From a virus: a DNA stretch of 41,341 nt. The position numbers were made by a program, and so were the translations under genes. The notes under the pieces are model-generated. The model had not been told where the DNA came from. It did not search any database and saw only the letters and a program-made list of their open reading frames with translations. Shown piece by piece: positions 34,579-41,341 of the stretch (positions are counted from its first letter, which is position 1; the number at the start of each line of letters is the position of its first letter). Where the stretch lies: the UHGV virus genome UHGV-0069723, one strand, 5' to 3'.

Positions 34579-37335
34579 ATGACGGTCTCAACCGAAGTTG
34601 ACCACAACGAATACACAGGTAACGGAGCTACGACATCATTTCCGTATACCTTCCGTATTTTCAAAAAATCCGACCTGGTTGTTCAGGTGTCTGACCTGAA
34701 CGGGAACGTAACAGAATTGGTTCTGGATACCGGTTATACGGTAACAGGGGCGGGCACTTATAGTGGCGGTTCTGTTGTTCTTCCGTCGCCGCTTGCTGCT
34801 GGATGGCGAATTACGATAGATCGTGTGCTTGATGTGGTGCAGGAGACTGATCTTCGTAATCAGGGAAAATTTTTCCCCGAGGTGCATGAAGATGCCTTTG
34901 ACTATCTGACGATGCTGATCCAGCAATGTTTTGGATGGTTCAGACGTGCATTGATGAAACCATCTTTGCTTGCAAAATATTACGATGCAAAGCAAAACAA
35001 AATTTCTAACCTTGCAGATCCATCACTTGAGCAGGATGCTGTAAATAATCGATCAATGCGCAATTATGTTGATGCTGCAATCGCCGGAGTTGTTGGTGGT
35101 TTTGGTTGGTTTATTCAGTATGGTTCTGGAGCAGTATACCGAACGTTCCAGGATAAGATGCGGGATAACGTTAACGCTCTTGATTTTGTTCCGTTTGAGC
35201 AAAGATATGCTGCATTAAATTTTGAAGTTGATGCGTCTGAATGGTTAATTAATGCGATAAATTCTGGTGCAAGTGTCGTTAGAATACCTGCAGGTAAATG
35301 GATGATTTCTAAGAACATAGATGTGCCTCCTGGAGTGTCTTTAATTGGTGATGGCATTGATTATTGGGATACATATAGACCAGCGCCTGAAAGATTATTA
35401 AAAAGTTGGAGTAAAGGAACCCATCTTGTATTTACTGGTGATGGAGAAAAAAACAAATATTTTTTTAACATCTCTAATGAAAGACCAGTTAAAATTGTTG
35501 AAGGGATATCTTGTAAGTTCACTGAGTTTACAAATGAAGATTCTGTAGGTGTTACTCCTGCTACACCAAAAGCCATGAGCGTAGCTGTTAGTATCAACAG
35601 GGCATCACAGTTACGCAACCTGAGAATAATGGTAAGTAAAAATGGTATTGAAGGATACAATAACCCTGATTCTTATTCATTGGGTGATGACTGGGATATA
35701 GGGTTGCATGTATACGATAGCTGTGATTCAGTTATTGATAACGTACAGATTGTCGGCTATTGGAGGGTAAAAGGACTACTACTGACAGAAAATGACGGGA
35801 GCCTTTCAATGAAGGGAAATCCTGAAAAAACGCACTTTAATAACGTTTATGTCCAGTCAGGGATCGCGATAAGGAATAGCCCTCAGATTGATCTTGTAAG
35901 TAATACTGAAAGCTCAGTGACATTTAAACATAAAAAGTCGATGAGAATAACTTCAGTTAAACAGTTTAAAATTGCTGGCAGTGAATCAGTATATACGTAT
36001 TCAGATGCATCATTTGATGGAGCTAACATCACACTATCTGGTATTTCTCCTGAAATACAAGGTACAATAAGTGTAATCAGGTTTCCGTCAATTGGTAATA
36101 ATTTTAGCGGGACTGTTTTTGAGAATACAGTAGCCACTACTCTTGATCATACATCAGGTAAGCCATCAGAATACTTTGGCCTTCCTGCATCCTTTGCATT
36201 AGAGGTTGATGGTTTCCCTGTTCGTAATTTAAGGTTTGATAAATTCAAAGCTCAAACAACATTTGATAAAGGAAATTGCATTTTTGGTGATTGCCGTGAT
36301 GTTAAAATAACATCATCTGAGTTTGAAAATGGAATTATGATTGCGTATAACCAGACCGAGACTCAGGGTTATACAGGAAATCTTAGATTTTTTGCTTCTG
36401 ATCTTCAGAGCAGCGTTAACACAAGTGAGTTTAAACCAAGAGACGCATTTGTAGACAATAGACAAATAAAAACGGAGTTTACTGATGGTTCGTTCATTAT
36501 AAAGAACTGGAGGCCTACAGATACAAAAATACAATGGTCGTCTGGAGCAGATGCTATTGTTCTTAGAGAGTCACCTGACGAACAATCAGACGGAAATATT
36601 TACGGGTATCACATTGATGGTAAAAGATGGATTAATGTTAGTGGATATAACAAAGATATAAATATTTCATCAAGAAACTTAAGCGTAAAAAACCATGGTG
36701 ATGACTCTGCAGTTATTAATATATTCGGCGACTCTGGAAATATTGCCATTAAAGGTAATTTTTCACCAATTATTGATAACAGCAAATCTCTTGGTGCACC
36801 ATCATTTAGATGGGCACAGGTTTATTCTGCGAACGGTTCGATAAACACATCAGATGGTAGAGAAAAAAGTGAACCGATTAGTACAAGTGAGCTCAGCTTG
36901 TATATGTCTCGTGGTTATGAAGGTGATGCAATTCTGGATGCATGGGGAGATATCAGGATTGTAGCTTTTCGCTGGCTTGATGCCGTCAGGGAAAAGGGAG
37001 ATGGTGCCCGCTGGCATTTTGGTGTTATAGCACAACAAGTGAGAGACACTTTCCTCGCGCATGGGATTGATGGAACCAGATTTGGCCTTCTCTGTTACGA
37101 TGAATGGGATGATAAATACGCGCCAGTGATGGCGGTAAGGATGATCACTAAAGTTGTGGATGGCGTCGAAATTGAGATGGAAGAAGAATACGAAACAGAA
37201 GAGCGAACTCTGGTTTGCAAGGCTGGAAATAGGTGGGGTATCCGTACTGACCAGTGTTTATGGCTTGAGTCAGCTTATTTGCGTAGAAGAATCGAAAAAA
37301 TAGAATCACGTCTTGCAATGCTTGAAAGTAGCTAA
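34579..37335 (+). CDS. Tailspike / tail fibre with C-terminal intramolecular chaperone (peptidase S74-type) domain
   Basis: 918 aa; conserved-looking N-terminal head-binding region; visibly AT-rich central region (~35200-36850); C-terminal ...SDGREKSEPISTSELSLYMSRGYEGDAILDAWGDIRIVAFRW... resembles the self-cleaving chaperone-of-endosialidase domain. Confidence 0.85.
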   Translation: MTVSTEVDHNEYTGNGATTSFPYTFRIFKKSDLVVQVSDLNGNVTELVLDTGYTVTGAGTYSGGSVVLPSPLAAGWRITIDRVLDVVQETDLRNQGKFFPEVHEDAFDYLTMLIQQCFGWFRRALMKPSLLAKYYDAKQNKISNLADPSLEQDAVNNRSMRNYVDAAIAGVVGGFGWFIQYGSGAVYRTFQDKMRDNVNALDFVPFEQRYAALNFEVDASEWLINAINSGASVVRIPAGKWMISKNIDVPPGVSLIGDGIDYWDTYRPAPERLLKSWSKGTHLVFTGDGEKNKYFFNISNERPVKIVEGISCKFTEFTNEDSVGVTPATPKAMSVAVSINRASQLRNLRIMVSKNGIEGYNNPDSYSLGDDWDIGLHVYDSCDSVIDNVQIVGYWRVKGLLLTENDGSLSMKGNPEKTHFNNVYVQSGIAIRNSPQIDLVSNTESSVTFKHKKSMRITSVKQFKIAGSESVYTYSDASFDGANITLSGISPEIQGTISVIRFPSIGNNFSGTVFENTVATTLDHTSGKPSEYFGLPASFALEVDGFPVRNLRFDKFKAQTTFDKGNCIFGDCRDVKITSSEFENGIMIAYNQTETQGYTGNLRFFASDLQSSVNTSEFKPRDAFVDNRQIKTEFTDGSFIIKNWRPTDTKIQWSSGADAIVLRESPDEQSDGNIYGYHIDGKRWINVSGYNKDINISSRNLSVKNHGDDSAVINIFGDSGNIAIKGNFSPIIDNSKSLGAPSFRWAQVYSANGSINTSDGREKSEPISTSELSLYMSRGYEGDAILDAWGDIRIVAFRWLDAVREKGDGARWHFGVIAQQVRDTFLAHGIDGTRFGLLCYDEWDDKYAPVMAVRMITKVVDGVEIEMEEEYETEERTLVCKAGNRWGIRTDQCLWLESAYLRRRIEKIESRLAMLESS

Positions 37336-37564
37336 ATATTGAGGATTAATCTTAGTAGCCGGCTTGCTTATTACGAAGTAAGTTCGGCTTCTTTCTTCTT
37401 TAATTGTGACTGAGAGGTACACTAGACCATTTTCTGAACGAAATTTTCATTGCCGTAGAAGGTAGAAATACAGCGTTTTGAGGTAACTATTATCCTTAAA
37501 TGGTTTATTATGTGTGAATCTTCAATAGTAAGGAGATTGTTATGCGTAATAAACGGTGTTCATT

Positions 37565-37969
37565 ATGTCAGCCCATCTAACTACTGATTCTTTAAATCAA
37601 TGGCTTAGTGTGAGCTCTCTTGCTGCAGTTATCGTAGGCGTTCCGCCAGAGGTGGCGCTCGGTGCTCTTGCTGGTGCGGTAATTTTTGTTACCTCTGCGG
37701 TAGAGTACCCAATTCATCGTCGCGTACTCTTATCGATGCTTAGCTTTCTCTGTGGACTTCTTTTCTACAAACCAGCAGCATCAATTCTTATCGGCATAGC
37801 CAGCCTGATCCCTACCATCACGCAGGACTCTTTTGAAAAAGGGATTGTTTTCTCTGCTGGCGCATTCGTGTCAGCAATTGTCGCTGTGCGTATTGGTATA
37901 TGGCTCTACCACCGTTCAGACAATCCACGCGATTTAATTCCGGGGAGAAAAGACGATGGTAACGCATGA
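37565..37969 (+). CDS. Holin-like polytopic membrane protein
   Basis: 134 aa from ATG 37565 (track ORF starts at GTG 37556); several hydrophobic segments; first gene of the lysis cassette. Confidence 0.5.
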   Translation: MSAHLTTDSLNQWLSVSSLAAVIVGVPPEVALGALAGAVIFVTSAVEYPIHRRVLLSMLSFLCGLLFYKPAASILIGIASLIPTITQDSFEKGIVFSAGAFVSAIVAVRIGIWLYHRSDNPRDLIPGRKDDGNA

Positions 37970-38264
37970 GTTTTTTTTGCTTATCACCAATGCAGTTATT
38001 TGTACTGGCATAGCAATTCGCGTTGTCACATTCCGGCGTAACGGCTCTCAACATCGAAGATGGGGAGGGTGGCTTGCTTATTTCCTTATTGTTGCTGCGG
38101 CCAGTATTCCTGTTCGTGTCGTCTATGCAATCTGGTTACGCACGCCAATGGCTGTGGATTTATCTGAGGTCATTATCAACGCTGTCATGCTTGCCGCGGT
38201 TATTAAAACACGCGGTAACGTTGTTCAGATTTTCAAAATATCGAGGTCTAAACATGGAGATTAA
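37956..38264 (+). CDS. Holin-like / antiholin-like membrane protein
   Basis: 102 aa, about three hydrophobic segments; GGGAGAA RBS; overlaps neighbours at both ends. Confidence 0.5.
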   Translation: MVTHEFFLLITNAVICTGIAIRVVTFRRNGSQHRRWGGWLAYFLIVAAASIPVRVVYAIWLRTPMAVDLSEVIINAVMLAAVIKTRGNVVQIFKISRSKHGD

Positions 38265-38883
38265 ACAATTCCAGCGAGCTGCTGGTATTAGCGAGGCGCT
38301 GGCCGCACGCTGGTTCTCGCATATAACTTCTGCGATGAAAGAGTTTGGTATCAGCAAAGCAGAAGATCAGGCAATGTTTATTGCTCAAGTCGGGCATGAG
38401 TCTGGGGGCTTCACCAGGTTGCAGGAGAATTTCAACTACAGTGTCAGCGGACTGGCTAACTTCGTTCGGGCTGGGCGTCTCACTCAGGGGCAGGCTAATG
38501 CACTGGGTCGCCATGCTGGTGAACCACCATTGCCACTCGAGCGCCAGCGAGCGATTGCCAATCTGGTGTACAGCAAACGCATGGGGAACAATGCCCCCGG
38601 CGATGGCTGGAATTACCGTGGCCGCGGACTTATCCAGATTACCGGTTTGAATAACTATCGTGATTGCGGAAACGGCCTGAAAGTGGACCTGCTGGAGAAT
38701 CCTGAACTGTTGGCGCAGGACGAATACGCGGCTCGTAGCGCGGCGTGGTTCTTCTCCAGCAAAGGTTGCATGAAGTATACCGGCGATATTGCACGTGTAA
38801 CTCTGATTATCAATGGTGGCAGGAATGGCATCGACGACCGGCGCGCGCGGTACGTCACTGCCAGTAAGGTGCTGGCGGTATGA
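38254..38883 (+). CDS. Endolysin, glycoside hydrolase family 19 (chitinase-like)
   Basis: 209 aa from ATG 38254 with GAGG RBS; [13 protein letters not shown] and [15 protein letters not shown] match GH19 motifs; the track ORF (38023-38883) is extended upstream through the second holin-like gene. Confidence 0.85.
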   Translation: MEIKQFQRAAGISEALAARWFSHITSAMKEFGISKAEDQAMFIAQVGHESGGFTRLQENFNYSVSGLANFVRAGRLTQGQANALGRHAGEPPLPLERQRAIANLVYSKRMGNNAPGDGWNYRGRGLIQITGLNNYRDCGNGLKVDLLENPELLAQDEYAARSAAWFFSSKGCMKYTGDIARVTLIINGGRNGIDDRRARYVTASKVLAV

Positions 38884-39362
38884 TCTGGGCATTCGTAAAA
38901 GCATACTGGAAACAGTTGATTATCGTGGCAGTGCTTGCTGTTCTGGTCATATCAGGAGTTGTTGCCTGGAATGTACACGGTAGCCGTCAGTACGACGCCG
39001 GGTATGCGCAGGCGAAAGAAGACTGCAAAGCCGAAGAAGAAAAAGTTCGTCAGTACTACGAACAGGAGAAAGTGACCAATGAACGTGAAGCTCAGCAGAG
39101 GATCGACCAGGCGCGCAATGATGCTCTTGATGCTGCCGCTCGCGCTGGCCGGTTGCAGCAACAGCTCGTTGCCATCCGTGAGCAGCTCAGGCACTATAAC
39201 GCCATTGTCGGCGCTGGGTCGTCAGCCGCAGACACCGGAGTTTTGCTTGCCGACGTGTTCAGCAAATCTCTCGAGAGAAATAGACAACTGGCAGAGTATG
39301 CTGACCGGGCAGCCGAAGCCGGAAGAGTCTGCGAAAAACAGTACGACACCCTGACCAGATAG
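38880..39362 (+). CDS. Rz-like inner-membrane spanin (i-spanin)
   Basis: 160 aa; N-terminal membrane helix then charged coiled-coil; start overlaps the endolysin stop. Confidence 0.7.
   Translation: MIWAFVKAYWKQLIIVAVLAVLVISGVVAWNVHGSRQYDAGYAQAKEDCKAEEEKVRQYYEQEKVTNEREAQQRIDQARNDALDAAARAGRLQQQLVAIREQLRHYNAIVGAGSSAADTGVLLADVFSKSLERNRQLAEYADRAAEAGRVCEKQYDTLTR
39079..39354 (+). CDS. Rz1-like outer-membrane lipoprotein spanin embedded in Rz (+1 frame)
   Basis: ORF wholly inside Rz in another frame; lipobox LALAGC after a basic n-region; Pro/Ser-rich mature part; exact start uncertain. Confidence 0.5.
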   Translation: MNVKLSRGSTRRAMMLLMLPLALAGCSNSSLPSVSSSGTITPLSALGRQPQTPEFCLPTCSANLSREIDNWQSMLTGQPKPEESAKNSTTP

Positions 39363-39390
39363 CATGGCATTTTTCATGGTACTGATTTCC

Positions 39391-39401
39391 GGTGACGGTA
39401 T
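39391..39401. promoter_or_regulatory. Candidate integrase arm-type site GGTGACGGTAT (right arm)
   Basis: Same 11-mer and orientation as 104-114; followed by a 9-bp inverted repeat CACTCAATT/AATTGAGTG (39444-39480). Confidence 0.3.
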
Positions 39402-39514
39402 ATAAAACGGTACGAGAAAAATTCATCTTTGGAAAAATGTTATCACTCAATTGGTTATGGTATCCGTAAATAATTGAGTGGGAATGATTTGAACCCTGCA
39501 CTATGAATGAACAA

Positions 39515-39542
39515 AACCCTCTGTTACTACAGAGGGTTTTTT
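39515..39542. repeat. Right terminal hairpin repeat, candidate attR core; also the terminator of the lysis operon
   Basis: AACCCTCTGTT-ACTA-CAGAGGGTTTTTT; same stem and flanks as 25-51. Confidence 0.55.
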
Positions 39543-39580
39543 ATACTCACGAATCATAGGCTTGAAGTTACTGACATCGC

Positions 39581-40120
39581 TTAGTTAAACCAGCTGTCCG
39601 ATTTGTTCTCTTCTGCTTTACCCACGCTTTTCATCAGATCGCGACCGCCTTCAGTCATATTTCTGTTTGCGTCAGCTTCAGATTGCACCACATCGGTTTG
39701 CGCAGCTTTGTGCTTCAGTTCCTGATCGATAAATTCGTTTTCGCGCTTGACGCGGGCTTCTTCTTTCGCCAGCGCCAGTTTTTGTTTCTGAATCTCTAAG
39801 CTGCGTAGCTCATCTTCATAACTTTGATCGCGTTTTTTGTCCGCAGTGGCTTCGGCGTCCAGTTTATCCTGACGAGCTTTCTTATTCGCCGCTGCCGTTG
39901 CCGCTCTTTTATTAGCCGCGGCCTGGGCGTTTGCGCGACGTTGCTTCTCTTGCTGGATTTCCCTGTTGCGCTCCGCGACCCATTCGTCATGCTGCCTTTG
40001 CTCTTCATTTTTACCTTGCTGTTCCGCTTCTGCGACAGCCGAGAGTTGATCCTGCAATGATGAGGCGATAGCCGGATAGCTTAAGGAGGCTAAGATGGCG
40101 CAAAGAAAAACTTTCTTCAT
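39581..40120 (-). CDS. Secreted/periplasmic coiled-coil protein (host flank, DUF1090-like guess)
   Basis: 179 aa; signal peptide MKKVFLCAILASLSYPAIA; highly charged Ala/Lys/Glu/Gln-rich; outside the att repeats. Confidence 0.6.
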   Translation of the reverse strand: MKKVFLCAILASLSYPAIASSLQDQLSAVAEAEQQGKNEEQRQHDEWVAERNREIQQEKQRRANAQAAANKRAATAAANKKARQDKLDAEATADKKRDQSYEDELRSLEIQKQKLALAKEEARVKRENEFIDQELKHKAAQTDVVQSEADANRNMTEGGRDLMKSVGKAEENKSDSWFN

Positions 40121-40135
40121 GACTCCTCCTGATTA

Positions 40136-40654
40136 TTAGCTCTTTTCAGGACATTTGGTATTTGGCTGAATACGCGTTTCGTTATACGTCGTGGTAATAA
40201 CAACGGCTAAACCTGTCGTAAACTGGCACTCTTTACCCACCTGGGTGGAGGTATACACTTTGGTGCCTTCCTTATATGTTAAAGAAACACCTTCCACTAA
40301 GGTTTTATCATTCACCATCGAACCCGCTGCCGCGCCTACAGCTCCGCCGCCAACTGCACCTGCCGTCGTTCCGGAATTGCTGCCAGACCCGACGTTGTGG
40401 CCGATAACACCGCCAGCGACAGCGCCAATAAGCGCGCCGAAGGCTTGTGCGTTCCGTTTATTTTGGGCGTTGTCTACGGCAACTTTTGCGGGAAGAATGG
40501 AAATAATATTAACGGTTTTAGTTTCTTGTTTGGTATTCAGTTGATCGGTTTGATAAACATCGGCAGCATGATCATCAGCATTTGACTGGCATCCTGCCAG
40601 AGTGAATGACGCTAACATTGCCACAGGCAGAAGACATTTTTTAAATTTCATCAC
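40136..40654 (-). CDS. Glycine-zipper lipoprotein (YcfJ/SlyB-like, host flank)
   Basis: 172 aa; lipobox LAGC; Gly-zipper GALIGAVAGGVIGHNVGSG...GAVGGGAVGAAAG. Confidence 0.7.
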   Translation of the reverse strand: MMKFKKCLLPVAMLASFTLAGCQSNADDHAADVYQTDQLNTKQETKTVNIISILPAKVAVDNAQNKRNAQAFGALIGAVAGGVIGHNVGSGSNSGTTAGAVGGGAVGAAAGSMVNDKTLVEGVSLTYKEGTKVYTSTQVGKECQFTTGLAVVITTTYNETRIQPNTKCPEKS

Positions 40655-40964
40655 TATTCCTTGTTATACACATTACGAAAAATGAGACATTTAAGATCAT
40701 CAAAAGAGGAAAGTAAATGTATTGCGTATAAAGGAATAGATTAAATTTATTAAAATTCATGCGGGAAATAATTTATAAAAATACATCATCACAACATATG
40801 TATTAATGATGTATTTATTTCGCAGCCGAACAGGATGAACTTCAGTCAGAACAAAGACGTAAAATTTAAGATGAAAGAATATCTGCCGCTTTGATAATCT
40901 CAAAGAGCAAAAGCATCCGACAGCGAGGTGCCGTTATGTTCTGTGAGAGTGGAGAAGGTAACCG

Positions 40965-41156
40965 CTAACGTTGTACCGGTGATTCGACGGAGAGTGTGGA
41001 TTGCTGAGCTTCTTTTTTGCTCTGATGGTGCTGCCAGGCACCGACGGACGAGTAGATAAAACGGCCAAAGAAGAAGATAAAGCTGATGAGCAGTACGATA
41101 CGGGTCATGCGACTGTTAAATCGGTGTCGTTTTCGCATACTGGTTGCCTGACTCAC
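40965..41156 (-). CDS. Small hypothetical membrane protein (host flank)
   Basis: 63 aa ORF with one hydrophobic segment (IVLLISFIFFFGRFIY); start uncertain. Confidence 0.35.
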   Translation of the reverse strand: MSQATSMRKRHRFNSRMTRIVLLISFIFFFGRFIYSSVGAWQHHQSKKEAQQSTLSVESPVQR

Positions 41157-41341
41157 AAAAGGTTCCTTGAAGTATGTCCCACGCCGTGGACGGTACTTAC
41201 ATTAAGGCACAACAGGACAAAATGGTCAATTCTTCGTTATGTAAAAAAGCGTCAGTGGATACATATTTTAATGTTATGGAAGTTAATTTAATTATTTACA
41301 ATGATGATGTAATAATGATGAGTTAACATGATAAACGTAAT

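Noticed and set aside
1-41341. CRISPR arrays, IS elements, transposases, rRNA
   Set aside because: No regularly spaced direct repeats, no transposase-like ORFs with terminal inverted repeats, and no rRNA-like sequence were seen.

Overview
The window is almost entirely one integrated temperate prophage of about 39.5 kb (roughly 25 to 39542), bounded by an imperfect direct repeat of a terminator-like hairpin (25-51 and 39515-39542), with three host-like genes on the right flank. All calls are from reading the sequence and the six-frame ORF track; no database search was run, so family assignments rest on remembered motifs. Gene order from the left: tyrosine integrase; a leftward early operon (small ORFs, YqaJ-type exonuclease, RecT, AlpA-like regulator, MT-A70 adenine methyltransferase); a divergent immunity switch (tandem-HTH repressor without a peptidase domain, Cro-like gene); lambda O/P-like replication genes with iterons inside the O-like gene; a run of small nin-like ORFs; terS/terL; a minus-strand island carrying a phage tRNA-Arg(UCU); a podovirus-type structural module (portal, scaffold, major capsid, tail tube proteins, three large internal virion proteins); an accessory region (30.7-34.5 kb); a tailspike with a C-terminal intramolecular chaperone domain; and a lysis cassette (holin-like proteins, GH19 endolysin, Rz/Rz1). 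The main findings are: (1) a 15-bp palindrome TTACC-N5-GGTAA present as 11 perfect copies plus degenerate ones, three of them between repressor and cro and the rest upstream of many operons, which looks like a dispersed operator network; (2) a visibly AT-rich, operator-fronted three-gene minus-strand cassette of membrane proteins with no family I recognise, the best candidate for an undescribed accessory or defence system; (3) an SOS-type antirepressor module with a near-consensus LexA box; (4) a 12-bp perfect palindrome GTGACATGTCAC found three times at gene ends. No CRISPR array, IS element or rRNA was seen.
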